Source: Octopus sinensis (taxonomy: Eukaryota). Taken from it: DNA of 64,000 nt. Under the pieces are notes generated by a model, which was given only the letters and a program-made list of their open reading frames with translations, had not been told where the DNA came from and searched no databases. Shown piece after piece: positions 1 through 12,490 of the stretch. Location: assembly GCF_006345805.1 (NCBI RefSeq), contig NC_043000.1, positions 145,328,001 to 145,392,000 on the forward strand. The letters are read 5' to 3'. The translations under genes were made by a program, and so were the position numbers. The stretch's first letter is position 1; each line of letters starts with the position of its first letter.

Positions 1-307
1 CGTCTGGGGACCTAATGAGTTGTAAATCAGAGTTGTTGAGCGTTTAATCTGGTTCCTTGAATTATTTGGACTTCTAGTACATACATACCAACATGGATAC
101 GTACACCCATATACACGCGTACATATACGCCTCCAAGCCTGTAAGCATACACACGCACTCGCGCGTAAACATGCATATAAACACACACACACCCACACGC
201 ACGTGCGTACACATACATACATACAACGGAATATCCGCATGTATACACGGACACTATACGTGTACACACTCACATAGGTGCTTATAATTATCAAGTACTC
301 ACCCCGA

Positions 308-354
<47 letters not shown>

Positions 355-448
355 GGGGTGTCTATGTATTTAGATATATATATATATACATTGAGGGAGT
401 GGAGCTGATAAAGATCAGGTTATTTATATTCCCTAACTAGTAGATAAT

Positions 449-678
449 CTGTTGTGATAATTCCTCAACGAGGGGCACATACCTACCTACTCAACTGGCT
501 GAAGATACCTTAATCATATGAAAATTACATTGTCGTTAAGGAATCTTTAATTCACTCACCGAATATGTAAATTGAAAGTTGGCATTCCTTAACGACAATG
601 TAACTTTCACAAAATTGAGATATCTTTAGCCTGCTGAGTAGGTAGCTAGTAATCCTCGTTGAGTAATTATTACATCAG
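449..678. repeat. Long imperfect inverted repeat (fold-back/MITE-like)
   Basis: Arms 449-544 and 584-678; perfect 20-bp core ttacattgtcgttaaggaat (525-544) / attccttaacgacaatgtaa (584-603); outer arms roughly 80% complementary by eye. Confidence 0.85.
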
Positions 679-889
679 AGGATCACCTAGCTCAGAAACA
701 CAAGTAGCTTTGCTTGTTCGCTCCAGTCCCGCAATTTGAATTTTTATTCGCATTCATAGCAACTCAAGTTGCTAACTGTAGACTATATAAACGTTAGTAT
801 TTTAATATCCACACGATTGTTTCAAGCTTACATACGACCTACACTTAGATCCTTGGATCTTATAATTACATATCGATATATACATATAA

Positions 890-1262
890 AGGCGCAATCT
901 TGACTGTAGTGAAAGATCTTGTTTCCCAAATACATTGTTCAAGATACAGACCCACTGCGTGGAATCTTTGGCATGTGTCTTCCTAAGCCTTCTGAAAGAA
1001 CTTAATAGACTAAATCTGAAAGAAGCCAGTAGAATGTATATGGTTTTATCCTTTTGTGTATCCTGGTGGATGTGTTTTACTCCCAGCACAGCCTGACAAC
1101 AGATGTGGGTTACTTTATTCGCCAGAAAGCGATTTGTCAAAAAGACAAATGTAACAGATATAATAAAAATGTGTATTGGGGGCGATTTTTTTCTACTAAA
1201 CCTTCCAGGGTGGTGCTCCATAACGGCTGCAGTCCAATGACTGAAACAAGAAAAAGATGATA
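890..1262 (+). mobile_element. Degenerate SINE family A (tRNA-derived, CORE-like)
   Basis: Diverged match to copies at 22481 and 41616 (cccactgcgtgg, ctgaaagaagcc, gtggtgctcca...atgactgaaacaag). Confidence 0.6.
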
Positions 1263-1451
1263 GATTTTTTGGTGAGTATGTGTATGTATGTATGCATGTA
1301 TGTATGTGTGTACGTATGTATGAATGTATGTATGTATGTATGTGTGTGTGTGTATGTATGTGTCCATAGGTATACATAACGTTTAAAACTCCTATGAACC
1401 ATTATATAGTAAAGTACAGAAGTAGATATGCTATATTTTTCAAGATGAGTA

Positions 1452-1652
1452 AAGGGGAGAACTTGCAGAATCGCTTCCTTAATAGCATTTGGTCCGTTTT
1501 TGCGTTCGGAGTTCAAATTCCACCGAGGTCACCTTTGCCTGTCATTCTTTCGGGGTCGACAAAATAAGTACCATTGAACACTAGTGTTGATATAATCGAC
1601 TTACCTGCTCCACTGAATTTGCTGGCCCTGTGCCAAAATGTGAAACCAGTAT
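1452..1652 (+). mobile_element. Degenerate SINE family B with alternative 3' tail
   Basis: B-box-like gagttcaaattcc, central gaggtc...tttcggggtcga...taagtacc, tail gctggccctgtgccaaaatgtgaaacc. Confidence 0.6.
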
Positions 1653-1816
1653 TTTGAAGATGAGTATTAGCTTGAAAATAGGACGGATATAATAGGATGT
1701 GAAAGGTATGCTTGTAGAATTTGTCTTTTTTTCTGTTATTTCATCAATTCAAGCAGGTTAATGTTTCAGTATGTCAATCCATGCTTGATTGTAAAGGTAT
1801 TTGAATAAACATATCC

Positions 1817-4721
1817 TTGATCTCTGTCGGCACCATCTTTGATCTCTGTCGGCACCCTCTTTGATCTCTGTCGGCACCCTCATTGATCTCTGTCGGCACC
1901 CTCTTTGATCTCTGTCGGCACCCTCATTGATCTCTGTCGGCACCCTCTTTGATCTCTGTCGGCACCCTGTTTGATCTCTGTCGGCACCCTCTTTGATCTC
2001 TGTCGGCACCCTCTTTGATCTCTGCCGGCACCCTCTTTGATATCTGTCGGCACCCTCTTTGATCTCTGTCGGCACCCTCTTTCATCTCTGTCGGCACCCT
2101 CTTTGATCTCTGCCGGCACCCTCTTTGATCTCTGCCGGCACCCTCTTTGATCTCTGTCGGCACCCTCTTTGACCTCTGCCGGCACCATATTTGACCTCTG
2201 TCGGCACCCTCTTTGATCTCTGTCGGCACCCTCTTTGATCTCTGTCGGCACCCTCTTTCATCTCTGTCGGCACCCTCTTTGATCTCTGTCGGCACCCTCT
2301 TTGATCTCTGTCGGCACCCTCTTTGATCTCTGCCGGCACCCTCTTTGATCTCTGTCGGCACCCTCTTTGATCTCTGTCGGCACCCTCTTTGATCTCTGTC
2401 GGCACCCTCTTTGATCTCTATCGGCACCCTCTTTGATCTCTGCCGGCACCCTCTTTAATCTCTGTCGGCACCCTCTTTGATCACTGTCGGCACCCTCTTT
2501 GATCTCTGTCGGCACCCTCTTTGATCACTGTCGGCACCCTCTTTGATCTCTGCCGGCACCATCTTTGATCTCTGCCGGCACCCTCTTTGATCTCTGCCGG
2601 TACCCTCTTTGATCTCTGTCGGCACCCTCATTGATCTCTGTCGGCACCCTCTTTGATCTCTGCCGGCACCATCTTTGATCTCTGCCGGGACCCTCTTTGA
2701 TCTCTGCCGGCACCCTCTTTGATCTCTGTCGGCACCCTCATTGATCTCTGTCGGCACCCTCTTTGATCTCTGCCGGCACCCTCTTTGATATCGGTCGGCA
2801 CCCTATTTGATCTCTGTCGGCACCCTCTTTGATCTCTGCCGGCACCATCTTTGATCTCTGTCGGCACCCTCTTTCATCTCTGCCGGCACGCTCTTTCATC
2901 TCTGTCGGCACCCTCTTTGATATCTGTCGGCATCCTCTTTGATCTCTGTCGCACCCTCTTTGATCTCTGCCGGCACCCTCTTTGATCTCTGCCGGTACCC
3001 TCTTTGATCTCTGTCGGCACCCTCATTGATCTCTGTCGGCACCCTCTTTGATCTCTGCCGGCACCATCTTTGATCTCTGCCGGGACCCTCTTTGATCTCT
3101 TGCCGGCACCCTCTTTGATCTCTGTCGGCACCCTCATTGATCTCTGTCGGCACCCTCTTTGATCTCTGCCGGCACCCTCTTTGATATCGGTCGGCACCCT
3201 ATTTGATCTCTGTCGGCACCCTCTTTGATCTCTGCCGGCACCATCTTTGATCTCTGTCGGCACCCTCTTTCATCTCTGCCGGCACGCTCTTTCATCTCTG
3301 TCGGCACCCTCTTTGATATCTGTCGGCATCCTCTTTGATCTCTGTCGGCACCCTCTTTGATCTCTGCCGGCACCCTCTTTGATATCTGTCGGCACGCTCT
3401 TTCATCTCTGTCGGCACCTTCTTTCATCTCTGTCGACACCCTCTTTGATCTCTGTCGGCACCCTCTTTGATATCTGCCGGCACCCTCTTTGATCTCTGCG
3501 GGCACCCTCTTAGATCTCTGTCGGCACCCTCTTTGATCTCTGTCGGCACCCTCTTTCATCTCTGTCGGCACCCTCTTTCATCTCTGTCGGCACCCTCTTT
3601 GATCTCTGCCGGTACCCTCTTTGATCTCTGTCGGCACCCTCATTGATCTCTGTCGGCACCCTCTTTGATCTCTGCCGGCACCATCTTGATCTCTGCCGGG
3701 ACCCTCTTTGATCTCTGCCGGCACCCTCTTTGATCTCTGTCGGCACCCTCATTGATCTCTGTCGGCACCCTCTTTGATCTCTGCCGGCACCCTCTTTGAT
3801 ATCGGTCGGCACCCTATTTGATCTCTGTCGGCACCCTCTTTGATCTCTGCCGGCACCATCTTTGATCTCTGTCGGCACCCTCTTTCATCTCTGCCGGCAC
3901 GCTCTTTCATCTCTGTCGGCACCCTCTTTGATATCTGTCGGCATCCTCTTTGATCTCTGTCGGCACCCTCTTTGATCTCTGCCGGCACCCTCTTTGATCT
4001 CTGCCGGTACCCTCTTTGATCTCTGTCGGCACCCTCATTGATCTCTGTCGGCACCCTCTTTGATCTCTGCCGGCACCATCTTTGATCTCTGCCGGGACCC
4101 TCTTTGATCTCTGCCGGCACCCTCTTTGATCTCTGTCGGCACCCTCATTGATCTCTGTCGGCACCCTCTTTGATCTCTGCCGGCACCCTCTTTGATATCG
4201 GTCGGCACCCTATTTGATCTCTGTCGGCACCCTCTTTGATCTCTGCCGGCACCATCTTTGATCTCTGTCGGCACCCTCTTTCATCTCTGCCGGCACGCTC
4301 TTTCATCTCTGTCGGCACCCTCTTTGATATCTGTCGGCATCCTCTTTGATCTCTGTCGGCACCCTCTTTGATCTCTGCCGGCACCCTCTTTGATATCTGT
4401 CGGCACCCTCTTTCATCTCTGTCGGCACCTTCTTTCATCTCTGTCGACACCCTCTTTGATCTCTGTCGGCACCCTCTTTGATATCTGCCGGCACCCTCTT
4501 TGATCTCTGCGGGCACCCTCTTAGATCTCTGTCGGCACCCTCTTTGATCTCTGTCGGCACCCTCTTTCATCTCTGTCGGCACCCTCTTTCATCTCTGTCG
4601 GCACCCTCTTTCATCTCTGTCGGCACCCTCTTTCATCTCTGTCGGCACTCTCTTTCATCTCTGTCGGCACTCTCTTTGATCTCTGTCGGCACCCTGTCTG
4701 ATCTATGTCGGCACCCTCTTT
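1817..4721. repeat. 22-bp tandem satellite (gatctctgtcggcaccctcttt)n, ~132 units
   Basis: Unit read directly; accounts for all EGADRDQRGCRQRSKRVPTEIK ORFs (3 units = 22 codons). Confidence 0.98.
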
Positions 4722-5225
4722 GGAATGTCAGGAATGTCAAGAATATCTGGAATGTCAAATATTGGAATGTCAGGAATGCCATTAATGTATTGAATGTCAT
4801 GAATATCTGGAATATCAGGAATGTCTGGAATGTCAGGAATGTTTGGAATGTCAGGAATGTCTGGAATGTCTGGAATGTATGGAATGTTAGGAATGTTTAG
4901 AATGTCAGGGATGTCAAGAATATCTGGAATATCGGGAATGTCAGGAATGTCGGGAATGTCTATAATGTCTGGAATGTCGGGAATGTCAGAAGTTGGAATG
5001 TCTGGAATGTCAGGAATATCATTACTGTATGGAATGTCAGGAATGTCTGGAATTTCAGGAATGCCTGGAATGTCTGGAATGACCGGACAGTCAGGAATGT
5101 CTGGAATGTCAGGAATGGTTTGAATGTCAGGAACGTCTGGAATGTCGGGATATCAGAATGTCGGGAATGCCTCGAATGTCTGGAACGACTGGAATGTCAA
5201 GAATGTCTGGAATGTCTGGAATTTC
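4722..5225. repeat. 9-bp tandem repeat (ggaatgtct/ggaatgtca)n, ~55 degenerate units
   Basis: Unit read directly; produces the MSG and WNV repeat ORFs. Confidence 0.95.
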
Positions 5226-5894
5226 ATAAATGATGATAACTGTACCAAACGAACTGAAGCTAATATGGAATGAAAATTACGTCCCCTCGATATTACCGGA
5301 CTCCTTTCTTAGATTGGTATTTTTCCTCGATTTGTACTTAATCCCGAATTGTCTATTCATTGCTAGAATGCAAGCAGGTACACAAGCTCGTAACATGAGT
5401 TGTTGTCACATAAACGTAGCGAAAGTATGATTTTGGACACATCACACTGAGAACATTAACATGTTTTCCCAATATCTAAGAATAGAACGGTGAGATATTA
5501 TTATCATATGAGAAAGTTTTGAGGCTTTTCATAGTATATTTTGTGCATACGAGGAGGTGTGAGACGCAAAACAGATTCGACAGGACGTGCAGTGCGATAG
5601 AAGGTGAATGTGATGGCAGTAGTCATTACCCTTCTTCAGAGCTTCATCGCGAAACGTATGGCATAAATGTGTATATGTGCGTGTGTTCGTGTTTCGTGTG
5701 AATATGTGTCTATATGTGCGTGTATGTATTAATATTCACACACACACACACTTACTCACTAGGCACCCATGTTTATGTGTGTATATATATATATGTGTGT
5801 ATGCGTGCGTGTAAGTGTGTCTGTGTATATGTGTGTGTGTATACATATACGTACATAGATATAAATATACATACATATATGTATACAAAAGCCT

Positions 5895-6046
5895 AGGGGT
5901 GGTTGAGTGGTAAGTAGCTTGCTTACCAACGACATGGTCCCAGGTTCAGACTCAGTGCATGGCACCTTGAGCAAGAGATCTACTATAGCGTTGGCCGACC
6001 AAAGCCTTCTGAGTGGATTTGGTAGACCGCAACTGAAAGACGCCCG
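5895..6046 (+). mobile_element. SINE family A, 5' half
   Basis: gagtggtaagtagcttgcttaccaac...ggttcag...ccttgagcaag...gagtggatttggtagac, followed by (AT)/(GT) run. Confidence 0.8.
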
Positions 6047-6048
6047 TA

Positions 6049-6123
<75 letters not shown>

Positions 6124-6294
6124 ATTTGTGTGTGTGCGTGTGTGATAGTCGTAATAGGTATTTAAAAAGTGCCACAAATATTTCTTTTGTTTTTCTTTTA
6201 AATTGTGAAAAATATTGGTTTCAAATTTTGGCAAGGGAAGCCAATTGCATCGAAAGTATTTCTTTGGTACTTATTTTATCGACCCTGTAAATAA

Positions 6295-6399
6295 GAAAGA
6301 CAAATTCGGCCTCGGCGGAATTTGAGTTCAGAATGTAAAGACGGGGGAAACCCAAGTATTTTATTCGGCCTGGTGACGATTTTGCCAGTTCGCCGCCTT
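6295..6399 (-). mobile_element. SINE family B fragment
   Basis: cctcggcggaatttgagttcagaa...ttttgccagttcgccgcc is the reverse complement of the family B head. Confidence 0.6.
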
Positions 6400-8159
6400 T
6401 ATAGTGGTGGTATTAATTTCTATACACTTTCAGGGTATACTTAAGGTGCCTCACTCTTACTTTATTAGTTTCCGATGTTTCAATTGATTTACGATTGATA
6501 TAGATAACTGCAAGTAATTTAGCCTTTTTATTATAATGCATTAGGGGTATTGCTGTATGAAGTATATTTTACTCTCCGTCAATAAGGGAAACACGTTTCA
6601 ACTTTACGTCAATGAAATATATATAAATATATGCTTGTGTATACGTTGATGCATGTATGTATGTATGGCTATGTGAGTGGATGCACACATTCAGACCTCA
6701 CTCACACGCGTATACATATATGCAGGTATGTATGTATTTATGTATATCAGTATATTAAGTATCGTTTGATTAATTTGCCTACGTTTATCGGAAAATAACT
6801 GTGTAGAACATAAAATTATATTTTTTTATTTTGCTTCGCTTTCTTGTAAACATATTTTTCTGATTTCTTGTAGGTTTATAAATCTCCCACGCCTATGCCA
6901 GCACCTAAATTAATAGATTCAGTTGATCAGAAGTTTTCCTCTCTATTAATCACTTAGTACAGAAGTACATTAACATCACCACTTAATTTACTATATAAAA
7001 CATTGACCTATGCCGCAAAGTAATGATGTGAATCAGAACCACATACACATAGCAAAAAGTGAATATGAGGGAGAAAATGCAATTGTAAATTACTTTATTT
7101 TTTTCTTTAAACTGATATATTGATTGGTGTCATAATTGATTTTGACACTTACAAACCTCCATTACATCACTAGAATGCACTGCAGAACCCATTTTAGCAA
7201 GAGATACAGTACTAACAACAGTCAAAACAATTTCAATTATAAAATTAATTATATTAGCAGCAACTGAATCTGTGGAATATTAACAGATGCAGCTAGATAG
7301 AAGGGTAGAAGCATATAAATTATTAGTCATCATAATTATAACCGCTATATAAGAGATAAAACGTCTCCAAAGGAAAACACGCTCGGAATCATATGATCGT
7401 TTCGAACTGTATCATGACTTTAGGGCGGAATTATTCACGTAATAAACGCATGAACAAGCATTGGCATGTATTCTAAGGACTCTGTAAGGAACAAATCTCT
7501 ATCGAACACATCAGGATTTAATCTCAGAACGTTATATGACGTTATTAAATATCACCAGATATGTAATTCGTAACTCTAACATATTTACCAACCGATGGCC
7601 GAAATAACTATAGTTATTATCAGTGACAGAACATATAACATTCTGAACGTGTTTAATAATGTTACTCTACAAATAATCTTGCATATCTCCGCGATGACTT
7701 CATTTCCTCCTTCATATAGACGTGAATCATGGCAGCACCACTTCCACTAGCGTTATCAAGAGTTACGTTTGTTGTCGCAGATTCATTATTACTAATACTC
7801 TTAGAAACGGCAATAGTAGTATTAGTGATGTATGTTCAACCTGGAAATAGTTATTATTTGTAATATATAATCTTGTGCATGCCTAAATCATAAATATATC
7901 AGTTATATGATGTACAATGATCACTCAACTTAACACAAATTTTATTGCTTTTATTCTACGCAACAAAGGATTGAAATACACAGTTTAAGCTATAAACAAT
8001 AAAATATTTCCCCTCGAGAAAACGGAATTCTAGCGTAAAGTTCTGCAGAATATCGGCCCAGGAAAAGCTTTACACTGCAAACAAAGAAAATGCGAAGTAT
8101 AAAGCTGGGTTGCACATTGCAAAAACAGAAAACATTAACCAAGTTGATATACAGCCAAC

Positions 8160-8530
8160 AAAGCAGCCAAAGTGCATAGAATAGAAGCAAAAGCAGAACT
8201 TAAACTCTTGAAAGACAGCTTCAGAAACTTCTCAAGTATTTACTACGCCCCCAGGCTGGTGATGCTGACTTGTCGGAAATCCATCGGTAACTGTGAAGTT
8301 CAGGGCTCAAAGCAGATAGCGGAGGGTTCATTCCTGCTCTCAGGGACTAAAACGTAAGACTAACATATTTAGAAGCGTAGCAGATCCCATCTACAGAATC
8401 AGTGATGCCGAAGACGAAGCACATGACCATACAGTGTCAGGACGACCAAGCCCGGCTCATATCGAATGTACAGCTAGACACGACAGAGTTGGCCACTACA
8501 TTCACAGGACTTTGGTGAAAAACTCGGTGC
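8160..8530 (+). mobile_element. Dong/R4-clade LINE remnant (post-RT / zinc-knuckle region)
   Basis: Frameshifted LKA..EGFI..Q-like and ARHDRVGHYIHRTL motifs resembling RLE non-LTR elements. Confidence 0.6.
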
Positions 8531-8684
8531 TGAATACCGGCTAACGATTCTGCTAGCTTAAGCCTTAAAGATAAAGAAGATGAAGAAAAAGAAGTTGAAG
8601 AAGAAGATGAGGAAGTAGAAGAAAAAGAACAACAACAACAACAACAACAGCAACAAAAAATTATTAACAGAAAAAAGGTATGGA

Positions 8685-9510
8685 TATAACATTGGCGACA
8701 AGAAAATAAGTCATCCGTTTTATTTGGATGACTTAAAGCTCAGTGCCAAATTGATAATGAGCTACAAGTACTACTACGTACTGTGAAAGCTTTCAGTGAT
8801 GAAACTGGAATGGAATTTGGTGTCGATAAATATACCAAGGCCAATTTCCAGAAACGGAAACTGAAGACTTCACATTCAATGGCGTTGGATGTTGACATAG
8901 GCATCAAAGAACTCGAGCAGCAACAAAGTTACAAATACTTCGGAATAAATGAGGGCTCTGTCATTCAACGTGCAAGTATGAAATAGAAGATCAAGAGGGA
9001 GCGTTACAGGAGAGTTCGAGCAGTTCTAAAGTCTGAATTCTGTGCACGTAACAAGGTGTTAGCTATAAATCACTTAGCAGTTCAAGTTTTTATTTTACAG
9101 TTTCAATGTGTTGAACTGGAATATGAGCAAAATAAGTAAGATTGACAGGAAAATCCGTAAGCTGCTGAATGACAATAATATGTATCATCGAATGGCAGAC
9201 GCAGGTCGTTTTTACCTGCCCAGAGCTCAAGAAGGTCGAGGCGTGATCCAATTTGAAATCTTCGACGAAACCACCACTATTGGACGGGCAAAATATCTTG
9301 AAACATCGAACGACTGGATGCTAAAGCACATTGATAACCATAAAAGACATAGAACAAAATACTCAAGCACAAGCCCCAAAACAAATAGGGGGAGAGTTTA
9401 TATTTCACAAGCAATAAAAAAACCAACCACAAAAGAACGAAAAAAACTCACAAAACTTAATCATCTGTTACAGAGTGGTGAATATTGTCCTGCTGACCAG
9501 TACCCATCCA
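8685..9510 (+). mobile_element. Dong/R4-clade LINE remnant, RT C-terminal half and thumb
   Basis: KISHPFYLDDLKL, AFSDETGMEFGVDKYTK, YKYFGI, KIDRKIRKLL...RFYLPRAQEGRG; broken by frameshifts and stops. Confidence 0.8.
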
Positions 9511-9869
9511 AATGAGGGCAAATAGGCTCCTTCAATTTGATGAGACATATCTGTCAAAAAGTGTCGAAAATCACTCCTTGCCAGTAATATTAAAATGTAT
9601 ACTAGAATACAGACGAGTATTGGTTTCAAAATTTAGATTAGGAACAGATTATACTACCTCATCCTGCACGTAGGTCACCAAGGGACACGTCCCCCAGAGA
9701 GGAACCAACCTGTTTTCGAAAATTTGAAAATTGGAACAAGCACCTCTGAAAATGATCTTGAGGGAAATTAGATCCGAGAAATCAACCCTGACACCTTCAG
9801 AGAAGCACCACGTAAAACAAAGATTCGGAAGAACCACTAAAAATAGACGGACGAGAAAGGAGTATAAGC

Positions 9870-10375
9870 AAGGAACACTCGCATGTGTCAGAGAGCATCG
9901 AAATAGATCGAGGAATATTCGAGGGTGATCCACTCTCCTCTCTCCTCATCTGTCTACTGTGAAGAACAATAGTTATGGCAGAAAGAGGCAGATCTAAAAC
10001 GAGAAACAGGATCGCTAACTTTGGACAGTCAGTAACAAACCATTAAAACGCACCTGATCAAGACAAAGCCAGATAAATTTCAGCAAATAACATACCTCTG
10101 ATGTGGGAAAATGTGACGAACGCATTGATGATCACCTGAGATATGCTGTAAACTAATACACAAAGAAGATAAAGGCATAGCGTGATTATGAACTTAAAGA
10201 GACGGAAACCTTTTATGAAAACGAGGCAGAGTTTTGTTAAGCTGAAGATTAATACCACGTTAATATCAAATTTTTCCAGTTGCACAGACTGTACCATTGA
10301 AGCTAGGAGATTATATAGGCTCTAAAGAACAAAAAGAAGGAATTGTATAAAATCACTGAATTCGCTATCCATAAA
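9870..10375 (+). mobile_element. Dong/R4-clade LINE remnant (RT motif 4, then CCHC/RLE pieces)
   Basis: IDRGIFEGDPLSSLLICL (GIFQGDSLSPL-like) followed by decayed knuckle and endonuclease-like sequence. Confidence 0.55.
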
Positions 10376-10624
10376 AAAATTATCCTGTACTAAAACATGC
10401 AAACGTTCCGATCCTCGGATTTCAATTACGCAGCAACGGATATTTTTTATCTCACTTGTATTAGACAATTGACCAAACATTTTTCCTCATGCCTTGTAAC
10501 TATTAATAAAATGTTGTCTGCTTAATAAAGAAATATTTACAACAGTTGAACGTTTTAATATTTTTAGCTTTTCAAATCATGGCTTAGTAATTTATTTTCA
10601 ATAATCCATTTAATTTATACAGTC

Positions 10625-10653
10625 ATACACAGACACACACACACACACACACG

Positions 10654-10684
<31 letters not shown>

Positions 10685-10714
10685 GTATATATATATACAT
10701 ATATATATATACAT

Positions 10715-10774
<60 letters not shown>

Positions 10775-10817
10775 TATATATATATAATATATATATATAT
10801 ATATTATATATATATAT
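10625..10817. repeat. (AC)/(AT) microsatellite; similar runs at 73-388, 13215-13515, 23405-23545, 24315-24415, 57720-57855
   Basis: Read directly. Confidence 0.95.
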
Positions 10818-11034
10818 AAGGCCGTCTTGTGGAAAAAATAGTACTCCAATACCGAAGCTAGATTATATGCTTTATTAATAAAGCTGCAAAAGATCACAAA
10901 CATTGTGACTCAGAGTTTCACGTTCCCGTTCGTCAGATCTCATCAGTGGTCCTTTGCATTCTTCTTTCTTTTTGTGTCACTCTTTCCTAACGATCTGCCG
11001 TTTTGTGTTCCTCTTGTATGTGTCTTTATTTGCG

Positions 11035-12062
11035 CATGTATATATCCCTGTTTTGAACTTGAAATAGAAACTAATTCTATGGAGAGCGTCCAGCAAATAG
11101 ATAACACCATCGACCAGAATAATAAGGTCACGATAGACTATCCTGCGAAACACCCTAACCATAGACTATCAGTACTAGATACGGAACTCTGGCTGGAAAC
11201 AATGAATAATAAAACCCAAATCCTCCATTCACCTATACCGAACCTATGGCATCCAAGTACTCACCTCTCGTGGACAATGCCAAATTCAATATATTGATGG
11301 CAGACCACATCAGAGTAATGCGAAATGTGTCCCGCATGTGCGGCCCTACAGAGTTAAAGAGACACATACAACAATTCGTACACCACATGCTGTTCTCAGG
11401 ATATAGCCATAGAGAAACGCAGAGAGTATATAAAGGAGCCATGAGGAAATTTGAAATTATCATATGTTACGATAGGAAAGGGATTTACCTATCTCTATAG
11501 GAGCAAGTCATGGAATACCATTGACAGGACTAAGAAGAATATAGAGAAGATCAACTCATGTTACGATAGTCACAAATACCAGAGTGTCATGTTCGTCAAT
11601 ACGCATTGGAAGGTCCCTAGACAAGCTTAAGCTAAGAATGAAGGTTGTCGAAAGGGCAGTTAACCCTATCAAATCCCTAATCGGTAGAACCTAGCCTTTT
11701 AAAAGTAGTCTGTACTAATAGGAACTGTATTGTATGTAACGTTAGTGCACAAACAAATTGTAAAGCTAAGAATGTAGTCTATAAATTATGATATAGAATG
11801 GAACAGTGCAGAAACAATGTCTACGTAGAGGAGACGGGACGTAGCATAGGAGACCCAGTTAATGAGATTAGGAGGGAACTCAAGGAAGAGAAAGTCTCGT
11901 CGGTACTATACCAACACGCCGAGCGGTAACACAGGGGGTCACTCAACAACATAGATTTTAAAATCTTGTCAACGCATAGAACGGACGCAACGCTTAGTCA
12001 CATTACAGAAGCTGCACACATATTAGGAGATAAACCTAGCCTTGATAGACAATTACAGTAAA
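11035..12062 (+). mobile_element. Penelope-like element remnant (RT C-term + GIY-YIG endonuclease)
   Basis: RLSVLDTELWLE, MASKY...NILMADHIRVMRNVS, FSGYS; then CTNRNCIVC...CKAKNVVYKL...VYVEETGRS...ITEAAHI...KPSLD with in-frame stops. Confidence 0.75.
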
Positions 12063-12107
12063 ACACTAGCACACACACACCGCCACACACGCACCACAAT
12101 CTCATGA

Positions 12108-12490
12108 TTTTACCAACCACATAGTTCCGGGTTCAGTCCCACTGCGTGGCATCTTGGACAAGTGTATCCTGCTATAGCCCCGGGCCGACCAATGCCTTTT
12201 GAGTGGATTTGGTAGACGGAAACTGAGAGAAGCCTGTCGTATATATGTATATATATATGTATGCGTGTGTGTTTGTGTGTCTGTGTTTGTCCCCCTAGCA
12301 TTGCTTGACAACCGATGCTAGCGTGTTTATGTCCCCATTACTTAGCGGTTCGGCAAAAGAAACCGATAGAATAAGTACTGGGCTTACAAAGAATAAGTCC
12401 TGGGGTCGATTTGCTCGACTAAGGGTGGTGCTCCAGCATGGCCGCAGTCAAATGACTGAAACAAGTAAAAGAAGAAAAGAAGAAAGAAGA
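12108..12490 (+). mobile_element. SINE family A, slightly 5'-truncated
   Basis: Near-identical to 22481-22906 and 41616-42056, including internal (AT)(GT) run and tail atgactgaaacaagtaaaaga. Confidence 0.9.

Noticed and set aside
1758-4582. Many EGADRDQRGCRQ ORFs as a repeat protein, or the array as CRISPR
   Set aside because: Contiguous 22-bp units with no unique spacers; the ORFs are the three phases of a non-triplet unit.
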